Part shown: positions 18,553 through 26,356 of the stretch, in pieces
Position numbering within the stretch: position 1 is the stretch's first letter
How the letters are laid out: each line of letters starts with the position of its first letter
Origin: a virus
Taxonomy: Duplodnaviria; Heunggongvirae; Uroviricota; Caudoviricetes
Virus record (IMG/VR): IMGVR_UViG_3300045988_028451
Span: 1 to 43,666 of that record
Direction: 5' to 3' (one strand)
Length of the DNA: 43,666 nt
The notes under the pieces: model-generated
The model's input: only the letters and a program-made list of their open reading frames with translations
What the model was told of the DNA's origin: nothing
The model's database searches: none
Made by a program: the position numbers and the translations under genes

Positions 18553-18895
18553 TTAAGACACAGTTGCTACAGTGCTGCTGGAGATAATATTACCATACAC
18601 ATCGCGAACAACCACTTTATACGTACCGGAATCTGCGGTAGTAGTGGACGCCTTCACATAGGAATCAGCGTTCGCCCCGGCGATAGCGTTGTTGTTCTTG
18701 TACCACTGGTAGGAATACGGCTCCAGACCGCCCGTTACGGTTACCGGTCAGTGTCATGGTTCCACCTGTGGTAACGGAGGTAGTAGCCGCCAGCGCGGAA
18801 GAGAAAGACGCTGGCGAGATATTTGCCATATCGATTTTAGCACCCACGGTATCGGCGGACACACCAGTAATACGACGTTTAATTACATCAACCAT
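18553..18895 (-). CDS. Ig-like domain protein interrupted by a +1 frame change (possible pseudogene, recoding or sequencing error)
   Basis: Frame A (18895 to 18665) ends ...GGTMTLT then runs 26 more codons to a stop; frame B from about 18744 to 18556 encodes VTVTGGLEPYSYQWYKNN...DSGTYKVVVRDVYGNIISS, a clear Ig-like domain; GAGGAG RBS before ATG at 18895. Confidence 0.5.
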
Positions 18896-18906
18896 TTTTA
18901 AGCTCC

Positions 18907-19278
18907 TCAGGATGCGATGATTTTAGCGGCACGAAGTTGTGCCAGTAAGGCGTTAAGTTGAGTGCCTACCGCGTTAACCGCAGTCTGTGCGGACGTAGCA
19001 ACCGCGGCAGCCTCTTCACCCGTAACGGTCTGCGTGCCGACGTCTGTAACCGCAGCACCCTGAACGAACTTATTTCCCGCCATTGCGGTAGTCGAAGTTG
19101 TTCCGATCGCAAGGCTTGACGTACCTGCACCAATAGCGGTACGTGCCGCCTCTTGGGTCGCCCCCGCGGCGATTACCGCCGGTTTACCTGTTACTTCTTC
19201 CCAGCCTACGCTGATATCCGAGTCGCCGAAGTCAACATTCTGAAGGCTGCGCGGCAAGCCTTTTCCGGTCTTAGCCAT
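18907..19278 (-). CDS. hypothetical structural protein (Ala/Thr-rich)
   Basis: ORF immediately downstream of major capsid gene. Confidence 0.45.
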   Translation of the reverse strand: MAKTGKGLPRSLQNVDFGDSDISVGWEEVTGKPAVIAAGATQEAARTAIGAGTSSLAIGTTSTTAMAGNKFVQGAAVTDVGTQTVTGEEAAAVATSAQTAVNAVGTQLNALLAQLRAAKIIAS

Positions 19279-19337
19279 AAATTACCTCTTAGTAAATGAA
19301 AAGAGGGACCGAAGTCCCTCTCGATTATATATTAACC

Positions 19338-20387
19338 TTAAGCACCGACACCAGTTACCAGAAATGCAATCGGTACATGCTTACGATCAACAACACGGTT
19401 CCAGTTGGAGGCGTTCGCCAGGTCCTGCCAGGAGGCAGAACGTGCGACAGTCTCGGTGCCGTTGCCAGTGATTACCGCGCTGGTGAAGCTGTAGCCCAGT
19501 GGGTGCAGCAACCAGGTCTTACGGGTCCACAGGGTTTCTACCCCACCGCCGTTGCCGCGAGACGCTTCGCGCTCGTATTCCAACGGGTTGGACGGAGAAC
19601 CTTCACCGTAACCGATAGCGCCGTTACCGAAGATAATGGAGATGAACTTACGGCTAGAGCCGGTGTTGACTACGGTCATGCTGTCGTCAACAATCACGCG
19701 GTAACCCTGGTAGGTGGCGAACAGTGTGTCGTTGTCGGCGTCTTTGATGAAGTCAATAAGCTGCTGCTTACGGGCCTGCGCATAAACGAAGCTGTGCATC
19801 GCGATAGCACCCAGCACTTCTCCGCCGTTGCCCATCAGCGCATCACCCATAGTCTGGGTGGCGTCGATGAACGCACCTGCGTCGAAGCCCAGAGTAGCAG
19901 ACACGTCTACAACCATGTCATTCTGCTCGTGGTATGCGTCGGTAGCGGCTACGTTGTCATTGTACAGACCGAGCGCGGTAGCGATCAGACGGCGTTGCGC
20001 CTGGCGCTGCCAGAAGTTATCCAGACGGGACGCTACGGATTGCAGCGGGTTCTGGCTGGTCAGTTCGACAGTCAGGTCCGCCTGGCCAAAACCTTCGTTC
20101 AGGTATGCAACGCGCGCCATCATCTCGCCGGTTTGCACGTTACGCGGGGTAGCGATGTCCTGGTATACGTCGTTCGAGTAGTTAGGCTCGATAGAAGTAT
20201 CAATCGCTTTCCAGAAAGGAATGTTAGCGACGTTGGACGGGCCGCGGGCAATCTCGGCGGCGTACGGAGTAGGGGTAAGAATACCGGACTGGAAGAACGC
20301 GGTTTTTTCTACCGGGTCCTCGGTCATATAAGACGCCAGGACCGGGATGTTGCCAGTTACGATATCGCCGATAGTGGTAATTGCCAT
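19338..20387 (-). CDS. major capsid protein (putative)
   Basis: 349 aa ORF directly downstream of scaffold-like gene in portal-MuF-scaffold-capsid order. Confidence 0.65.
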   Translation of the reverse strand: MAITTIGDIVTGNIPVLASYMTEDPVEKTAFFQSGILTPTPYAAEIARGPSNVANIPFWKAIDTSIEPNYSNDVYQDIATPRNVQTGEMMARVAYLNEGFGQADLTVELTSQNPLQSVASRLDNFWQRQAQRRLIATALGLYNDNVAATDAYHEQNDMVVDVSATLGFDAGAFIDATQTMGDALMGNGGEVLGAIAMHSFVYAQARKQQLIDFIKDADNDTLFATYQGYRVIVDDSMTVVNTGSSRKFISIIFGNGAIGYGEGSPSNPLEYEREASRGNGGGVETLWTRKTWLLHPLGYSFTSAVITGNGTETVARSASWQDLANASNWNRVVDRKHVPIAFLVTGVGA

Positions 20388-20389
20388 TA

Positions 20390-21091
20390 TTATTTCCTCA
20401 GGGCTTTAAGTTGCCGTTCAAATTCGGCAGGGTTCGATTTATACAGAGCTAAACGCTCCGCTTCACTCATGTCTTTAAACGCTGGTGCGGCCCCGCCGCC
20501 TTTGCCACCGGAAGCCCCGCCGCCGGAAGCTGCATTTGCTTTAATCAAATGCGAAAACGCTTTGTGTTCGCGCAGGTATTTGCGGAACTGTTCAGGGTCA
20601 GTCGTGATTACACCGCCGTCTGGCCCAACAAACTTAGTAACCACATCATCACCTTCGAACTCAGTCTTAACGAACGGAGCAAGAATGTCTACTGCTTCCG
20701 GGGTAATAAAGTCACCTGCGAAAGAGCCTAACACCGCTTTACGTTCGCTGCCGAGGATGCGCTCAGCCATTTTGGAGATGCGACCATCTTTCTCGGCTAA
20801 CACCGGGTCATACTGGCTACGAATCGTCTTTTCGAACTCGTCCATCTTACCGGCGGCTTTTAGCGCCTCCTGGTGCGCGCGCTGACGTTCCTCTTCGGCC
20901 TCTTTTGCTTTACGGGCGGCTTCTTTCTTCTCCGCCAGCAATGCTTCCTGATTGGCCTTAAGTCCGGCAACTTCTTTCTCAATCAGCGCCTGAACTTCTT
21001 CGGCTGTGAACATTTTTGGAGCGTCGCCACCGCCAGATTTATCTTCTGCCCCAGCTTCTTCCTGGAACGGATAGTGTAAAAAACGATTCAT
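20390..21091 (-). CDS. scaffolding protein (putative)
   Basis: Charged, helix-prone (EAARKAKEAEEERQRAHQEALKAAGK) with Gly-rich tail, immediately upstream of capsid gene; ATG at 21091 (ORF track lists upstream start at 21145). Confidence 0.5.
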   Translation of the reverse strand: MNRFLHYPFQEEAGAEDKSGGGDAPKMFTAEEVQALIEKEVAGLKANQEALLAEKKEAARKAKEAEEERQRAHQEALKAAGKMDEFEKTIRSQYDPVLAEKDGRISKMAERILGSERKAVLGSFAGDFITPEAVDILAPFVKTEFEGDDVVTKFVGPDGGVITTDPEQFRKYLREHKAFSHLIKANAASGGGASGGKGGGAAPAFKDMSEAERLALYKSNPAEFERQLKALRK

Positions 21092-21173
21092 AGTCAGTAT
21101 GTCCCCTGGACGTTGGAATCCGGGCCTCCCGGATTTACATGTCAAGAATAAATTATTCCAACATACAAGGCAA

Positions 21174-21437
21174 CTATTCCAGAATATTCCTCACGTAATC
21201 CTGCAACATGAACACTTTCAGTCTCAGTTGCCGTACACATTCGGCGTTCTGAACGTCGATAGCTAAATCCTCGTCAGCGTCGCTACTTGGCGGTGCCAGT
21301 TTGCACGGCGGCTGCATCATCGTCGTATCCGGGGATGGAATTGGCGTTGGCAACGGCGTGGGACTTGAGCAGGACGCGAGCATCGTCGAAAGTGCACACG
21401 CTGCGGCCAGGCGTTTTAATGTACTTAACGACTTCAC
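21174..21437 (-). CDS. Rz1-like outer-membrane lipoprotein (o-spanin, putative), overlapping the Rz-like gene in another frame
   Basis: Signal peptide with lipobox LASC followed by Pro-rich SSPTPLPTPIPSP; starts inside and extends past the Rz-like ORF. Confidence 0.5.
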   Translation of the reverse strand: MKSLSTLKRLAAACALSTMLASCSSPTPLPTPIPSPDTTMMQPPCKLAPPSSDADEDLAIDVQNAECVRQLRLKVFMLQDYVRNILE

Positions 21438-21669
21438 GGGTAATCACCTCTGATTTCGTCTTGCCTTCGTTGTCAGCGGCGGCGGCCTTTGATTCATCCT
21501 GCTGCTGCCGTTGTGTTTTCTTCGTCAGCTCAGCCTGTGCTTTCTGCTGTTGCTGCGAAACGAGATTAGCACGGCCTTCACCCCAGCCGCTGCGGTATTG
21601 ATAGATGCCGTGTGCGTAGGCTAGGACGACGAAACATGCTCCGGCTACGACAGTTGCTTTAAGATTCAT
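21283..21669 (-). CDS. Rz-like inner-membrane spanin (i-spanin, putative)
   Basis: N-terminal TM helix (ATVVAGACFVVLAYAHGIY) followed by Gln/Ala/Lys/Glu-rich coiled-coil-like region. Confidence 0.5.
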   Translation of the reverse strand: MNLKATVVAGACFVVLAYAHGIYQYRSGWGEGRANLVSQQQQKAQAELTKKTQRQQQDESKAAAADNEGKTKSEVITREVVKYIKTPGRSVCTFDDARVLLKSHAVANANSIPGYDDDAAAVQTGTAK

Positions 21670-21987
21670 GTTTCCCCTTTCTCGATAAGTAAAGCCCCGC
21701 CTTAAAGCGGGGCGCTAGTCCTTATCATTTAAACATAGAAACGGCGTAATCTCAGTAAACCAGTTACTTTTTACACAAGCAATAGAGTATGGCCCTTCCG
21801 AACGCGTCAGCGTAACTACACTCAGGACTTACGTCCAGCTCCGTTACCTGCCGCGCCGCGGTCGCTTGCTCATACTTCACAAGCTCAGGTGGAGCTTATC
21901 ATATTTTTAGTGAAAAGTCAAATATTCGAATAGTTTATTCCAACATTTACAATTGAGTGGAATAACTGGAATACGTAAATAAATAGT

Positions 21988-22019
21988 TTGCGTGCACCAA
22001 CATAATAGGGTACTATTCA
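21988..22019 (+). promoter_or_regulatory. sigma70-like promoter (TTGCGT-N17-TACTAT) with embedded operator AATAGGGTACTATT
   Basis: -35 at 21988-21993, -10 at 22011-22016; GGAG RBS and ATG at 22044 downstream. Confidence 0.5.
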
Positions 22020-22043
22020 GTTAACTTAAACAGGAGATGAGAA

Positions 22044-22565
22044 ATGGTTACTACAGTAATTACTTTCCCTGCGTATGTAGGGGCGAAAATATGCAGGGCT
22101 AAAAATGATGTTCGCTACTATTTGAACGCTTTTTACATAGACCCTGAAGGATTGATAGTGTCTACGGACGGTCATAGATTGTTCTGCGACAATGTGAAGA
22201 CCAACGTTGAGAAAGGGACTCTCATAGACATCAAAGGGAGAGAGCCTTCTAAATTTAACTACGCGGAGGTAAACCACGACAACGGCAGTGTATCTTTCTA
22301 TGACGATAATCGTGCGCTTATATGTACACTTCCGGTAGATGTTGTAGAAGGAAACTTTCCTGACTGGAGACGCGTGGCGCACATCACACCGGGTGTTGTC
22401 GACAGTATAGGGTTCACCCTGCGTTATTTGGCAGACGCGTACAAGATTTCTAAGGCATACAAAAATGAAATTGCTCGTTTTGATTTCCAGGACCAAACCA
22501 GAGGATGCAAAATACAATTTTCAAACACGGCCTTTATGGTGTTAATGCCTGCGCGATTTAAATAA
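22044..22565 (+). CDS. truncated beta sliding clamp (DnaN-like) protein
   Basis: 173 aa with DVRYYLN, TDGHRL, GNFPDWRRV and C-terminal VLMPARF, which I recall as matching conserved beta-clamp segments (DVRYYLNG, ATDGHRLA, GRFPDYRRV, VVMPMRL); own promoter and terminator; opposite strand to neighbours; AT-rich by eye. Confidence 0.6.
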   Translation: MVTTVITFPAYVGAKICRAKNDVRYYLNAFYIDPEGLIVSTDGHRLFCDNVKTNVEKGTLIDIKGREPSKFNYAEVNHDNGSVSFYDDNRALICTLPVDVVEGNFPDWRRVAHITPGVVDSIGFTLRYLADAYKISKAYKNEIARFDFQDQTRGCKIQFSNTAFMVLMPARFK

Positions 22566-22569
22566 AACT

Positions 22570-22593
22570 AAGGCCCCATTATGGGGCCTTTTA
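22570..22593. terminator. bidirectional rho-independent terminator
   Basis: GGCCCC-ATTAT-GGGGCC hairpin followed by TTTTAT; between convergent genes. Confidence 0.7.
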
Positions 22594-23052
22594 TCATCCT
22601 GGTTTAGAGACCTTCGCCGCTTTGCTTACGGCCTCCGCACCATCGGCATCAGTAACTTTAACGAAGTATTCACCAGCCGCATTAACAGTCAGAGACAGAG
22701 CCTCTTCCGGGACGTTCACCACTTCCTTCCCGTCTTTGTACCAGGTCAGTACATACGGCGCTTTACCCGCCTTAACTTCGACAGTGATGGTGGCGCTACC
22801 GTCGACCAGCTCGGTGTCTTTCGGTTGCACAGAGAAATACACATCGCCAGCATCTGCCAGATACGGAATCTCATAAAGCATACCTGCCGCTGGAAGTGCA
22901 ATACCGGTTTTATCTGCAAACGGCATATCATCTACCGGCGTACCCAGTACACTTTCGTCCTCAATAAATACCACGTTCTCACCAGAGCCAAACACGCGGG
23001 CGTACTGGACTACGCGTCGCGACGGTACATCAGTTACTTTGAAAAAGCCCAT
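22594..23052 (-). CDS. Ig-like domain-containing protein (possible head decoration)
   Basis: C-terminal YVLTWYKDGKEV ... GEYFVKVTDADG resembles an Ig-like domain. Confidence 0.5.
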   Translation of the reverse strand: MGFFKVTDVPSRRVVQYARVFGSGENVVFIEDESVLGTPVDDMPFADKTGIALPAAGMLYEIPYLADAGDVYFSVQPKDTELVDGSATITVEVKAGKAPYVLTWYKDGKEVVNVPEEALSLTVNAAGEYFVKVTDADGAEAVSKAAKVSKPG

Positions 23053-23055
23053 AAA

Positions 23056-23679
23056 CTAAACCTCTTTCATTGAGTTAATCTTACGTAAGACGCCTTCGAA
23101 AAGGCGTGGGTCTATGCTATCGCAAAGACCTTTGTATTCATATGCTAATTCAATTTTTCTATGAAACCATGCTACGTGTGCCTCTTGAGCGGTTTCGTAA
23201 GCGCCTATTTGTTCAGATACGCCATCCACGGATACTTGAGCGATGAATCTTTTCTTTTGTTTATGGAAATGTACGCCGAGTGGGTGTTCGCCTCGAAGAG
23301 CGTCGTGGGCTGTTAGGAAAGTATTGAGGGATTTAGGGATGAAAACACAGTTAGAAGCATCGTAAACCTTATTTCCCGGGTTAAGTAAATCCTTATCTAT
23401 CTGCCACCCAGGTACATAAAAATCATCAAACCAGACCTTGAAATTACTGAACACCAACCAATCGTCCGACACGCGGCAACCTATATAAGTTCTGTTTCTT
23501 TGCTGCCATTTCTTGTCGTAGCACCTCTTTAACATGTTCTTCCATACGGCGTAGGACGCTATATGCACCCCTCCGCAACTTATTGGTGAAACATCGTTAA
23601 TACCCACACCAAAAACAATTCCCATATTAAACCCTATAAGAAAACCCCATGAAGATTGGTCGATGCCAGAGATAGGCAT
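23056..23679 (-). CDS. AP2-domain homing-endonuclease-like protein
   Basis: N-terminal SYAVWKNMLKRC motif shared with phage HNH-type endonucleases plus AP2-like GVHFHKQKKRFIAQVSVDG...AYETAQEAHVAW; gene is visibly more AT-rich than flanking genes. Confidence 0.55.
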   Translation of the reverse strand: MPISGIDQSSWGFLIGFNMGIVFGVGINDVSPISCGGVHIASYAVWKNMLKRCYDKKWQQRNRTYIGCRVSDDWLVFSNFKVWFDDFYVPGWQIDKDLLNPGNKVYDASNCVFIPKSLNTFLTAHDALRGEHPLGVHFHKQKKRFIAQVSVDGVSEQIGAYETAQEAHVAWFHRKIELAYEYKGLCDSIDPRLFEGVLRKINSMKEV

Positions 23680-23749
23680 ACCTTCATGGGGTTATATTCT
23701 TTCTCTATTTTTAGTAGTTCACCGACCAAAGCTAGCTACTAGATATACT

Positions 23750-24826
23750 TTATACCGACCTAAGATATTCAGCAACCCTGTTATCTAACGCCGCCATCTC
23801 CTTCAAGGTTAAAGGTCTACCAAAAGCGTCGACGGATATTACCCGGAATTCCTCTGGGGATATCCCACTATTCCTGAATATAGCACCGCGGGTAGGTCCG
23901 AGTGCTTCATCCACGAACCATGCCGGTTGCTGTTTCAGGAACTCGTAATAGGTGGTGTCCGCGCTTACCTGCATACCGCCGTCCGCACCCTTAGCCGCGC
24001 GTTTTGCGCCTTTATCGAGGAAGTCGAACTCCGAACTGATTACAGGCGCGGTGGTGCTTCGGCAATTAGGATGCGCTGGTGGCATCGGCCCTTTACCAAT
24101 TTCCCACGTCATTCCGTCTCTGGCCCTGCAAATCGTGCTGGTGCGGCTGTCCAGCGTTGACACCCACTCGTATTTCTCGATGATGTCGTCGTTCCGGCGG
24201 TACGTCTCGTTACGGGCTTCATTGGATACGTGAGACAGCGCGGTGCGGATTACGGTAGCCGCGTTACGTTCAGAGATGTCAGCCAGTCCGCCAGCGCCTA
24301 CGACATTCTTAACAATCTGTCGTGTTGTCTGACCTTGTACGAACCCCATCTTAACGCCGGTTACGAGACGTGCTACTTCGGTTTCACCCCATCCCGACAT
24401 CAGCTTAGTGAAATCAACAGGCTTGTCGCTTAATGATAAGGGTTGAAACTCGGCAGCGGACCACACCTGTTCGGCGGTAGGCGTAACAAATTCCGCATCT
24501 ACGTTGGTGGTCAGTGTCTTTACATTCCACTCGGCCTCATACGCCGCCAGTTCCATAAGGTCTTCTGTCAGCTTTGTTTGCCAATCGCCGGTAAGTCCGG
24601 TTAGCGCTTCTTCAAGGTCGAGTAACAGTTTATTCAGTCGCGCAGTGCTCCGCCCGTCGTCACCGAATAACAGCACCCGCCGTTTTATTTCGTCCCGCAT
24701 CTCCTTAATGAACGGCGCGAGGTCTTTCACCTCACCGGATGCAGTGCGTTGCAGCCATATCTGGTGGCTGATTAGAGATGTAAGTAAGCTCATAGATAAA
24801 CCCTGTGACGCTAAAGTTAATAGCAT
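23750..24826 (-). CDS. head morphogenesis protein (Mu F-like / SPP1 gp7-like)
   Basis: Conserved HPNCRST-type motif (PPAHPNCRSTTAPV) and position directly downstream of portal gene. Confidence 0.75.
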   Translation of the reverse strand: MLLTLASQGLSMSLLTSLISHQIWLQRTASGEVKDLAPFIKEMRDEIKRRVLLFGDDGRSTARLNKLLLDLEEALTGLTGDWQTKLTEDLMELAAYEAEWNVKTLTTNVDAEFVTPTAEQVWSAAEFQPLSLSDKPVDFTKLMSGWGETEVARLVTGVKMGFVQGQTTRQIVKNVVGAGGLADISERNAATVIRTALSHVSNEARNETYRRNDDIIEKYEWVSTLDSRTSTICRARDGMTWEIGKGPMPPAHPNCRSTTAPVISSEFDFLDKGAKRAAKGADGGMQVSADTTYYEFLKQQPAWFVDEALGPTRGAIFRNSGISPEEFRVISVDAFGRPLTLKEMAALDNRVAEYLRSV

Positions 24827-24834
24827 ACTATAAG

Positions 24835-24854
24835 AAAGCCCCTTTCGGGGCTAT
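24835..24854 (-). terminator. hairpin between portal and MuF-like genes (possible partial terminator or RNA stability element)
   Basis: AGCCCC-TTTC-GGGGCT hairpin, T-rich downstream on minus strand. Confidence 0.35.
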
Positions 24855-24862
24855 ATGTGAAC

Positions 24863-26344
24863 TTACTGCTGAGTGACATCTTGTTGCCGCGCCGACTGCG
24901 GAATCTCTCCTGCCACCTGAGTAACAGCACCTAACGGCAGAGGCGCATCCTCGATAGCGTTCTGAATGTCCTCGTCGGTCCAGTCAGTTACACCCGCTTT
25001 ACGCAATGCTGCGTAGTATGCGGTCGCTGGTAACAGGCCCGCGTTAATGTCCGCCATCCACTGCGCTCGGTCCTGCGCGGTCATCGGTTGCAGGAAGAAC
25101 TCCATGTTTAGCTTGAACTCAATTTCTGTGTCATCACGCAACCCAAGCATGGCAGCCGCCCAGCGCAACGCATCGGTATACGCCATGCTTACGTTACACG
25201 CGATTGTCGCCATAACGGACGTATCGGCGCTGCGTTGTAGACGGGCTGATTCCGCAGTGATTTGCTGCGTCGGGGTGATAAGCTGCGCACCAATCCGGAT
25301 GGCCTGATTCTCTTTATCCAGCATGTTCTGCTTGGCCAGGTTATTCTCTCCGGCCTGGACCAGAAACGCATTGCCGCCGTAGCCGATGTTATGACCTGAA
25401 CGCGACCCCATGCGCACACCGTGTGGGTTAGCCTCTTTCCACTGTTCCATGCTCATGTTCTCACCCGGGGCGATGAACAGAGTTGGCTGACCTACAACGA
25501 AGCTGGATTCCTCATTGTCTGCGCTGTTGCGGAAATGCCCGATATTAAGCTCGGCCAACGGCAGCAAAGGCGCATCGTCAATGGTCGCGTCGTTATTGCT
25601 TGCGCCAATAAACGTGAACGGGATTTTGCCGCGCAACTGTTCGCCAAGTTCCGGGAATATTTCGATTACTTCATCCTGAGCGCCACCTTCGGCATCGAAG
25701 CGGTAAATGCGCTGGCGGTAGCGCCCATCAATCAGGTCAAGGACGCGGTATTGCTCGCCGAACTTTGTTTCGAACTCTGCACCAGGTTCTGAGTATTCCC
25801 ATATCTCACGTAATACAACCATCGTCACGCGGTTCACTGAACCGACGCGGGTCAGTCTCCAGTTGATGATGTTCTCCGCGGTGTAGAATGCGATGACCGG
25901 GTTTAATAATCCTGCGTTCTGCTCGGCTGCCGTTGCTGCAGCTGTCTCAGGGGCATCCACCAGCAACCCGCCGCGGCCCACCGAATCAATCTCCATTAGC
26001 GTATCCTGCGCGTGCTGCCATAGCCCGACACCTGAACCGTCAGCGTTGCGTAACAGGTACTCAAGTTCAGGCGGGATAATCTGCTCAGGGTCTTTACGCA
26101 TAACACTGCCGACCATCCCCGCCAGGGTACGTTTAGTGAAGTTGTAGCAGATAGCGCCGTTCTCGTATTCTTCCTGGCGCTGTGCCGCATAGGTCGGGTC
26201 AGGCTCGTTCTTCCCGACATTGCGCAGGTAACGGATGAGGTCGCCTTCCAGCGCGTGGCGCACCTTCTGCCATTTATTGAAGTGATGCAGCCATTCCCGG
26301 TGTTTTGTCTTAACACCCTGATTCTGACCGTTCATAGTTAACAT
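24863..26344 (-). CDS. portal protein
   Basis: 493 aa ORF immediately downstream of terminase large subunit, upstream of MuF-like gene. Confidence 0.7.
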   Translation of the reverse strand: MLTMNGQNQGVKTKHREWLHHFNKWQKVRHALEGDLIRYLRNVGKNEPDPTYAAQRQEEYENGAICYNFTKRTLAGMVGSVMRKDPEQIIPPELEYLLRNADGSGVGLWQHAQDTLMEIDSVGRGGLLVDAPETAAATAAEQNAGLLNPVIAFYTAENIINWRLTRVGSVNRVTMVVLREIWEYSEPGAEFETKFGEQYRVLDLIDGRYRQRIYRFDAEGGAQDEVIEIFPELGEQLRGKIPFTFIGASNNDATIDDAPLLPLAELNIGHFRNSADNEESSFVVGQPTLFIAPGENMSMEQWKEANPHGVRMGSRSGHNIGYGGNAFLVQAGENNLAKQNMLDKENQAIRIGAQLITPTQQITAESARLQRSADTSVMATIACNVSMAYTDALRWAAAMLGLRDDTEIEFKLNMEFFLQPMTAQDRAQWMADINAGLLPATAYYAALRKAGVTDWTDEDIQNAIEDAPLPLGAVTQVAGEIPQSARQQDVTQQ

Positions 26345-26356
26345 TGAATAATCCTC

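Noticed and set aside
19296-20885. 529-aa plus-strand ORF spanning the capsid and scaffold region
   Set aside because: Antisense to two well-supported minus-strand genes; Arg/Val/Gly-rich low-complexity product with no RBS context; typical shadow ORF.
21140-21145. Minus-strand TTGACA hexamer near the scaffold gene as a promoter
   Set aside because: No acceptable -10 hexamer at 16-18 nt spacing; the downstream stretch is occupied by a GC hairpin.
22026-22517. 163-aa minus-strand ORF antisense to the clamp-like gene
   Set aside because: The plus-strand gene has promoter, RBS, terminator and recognisable DnaN-like motifs; the antisense frame has none.
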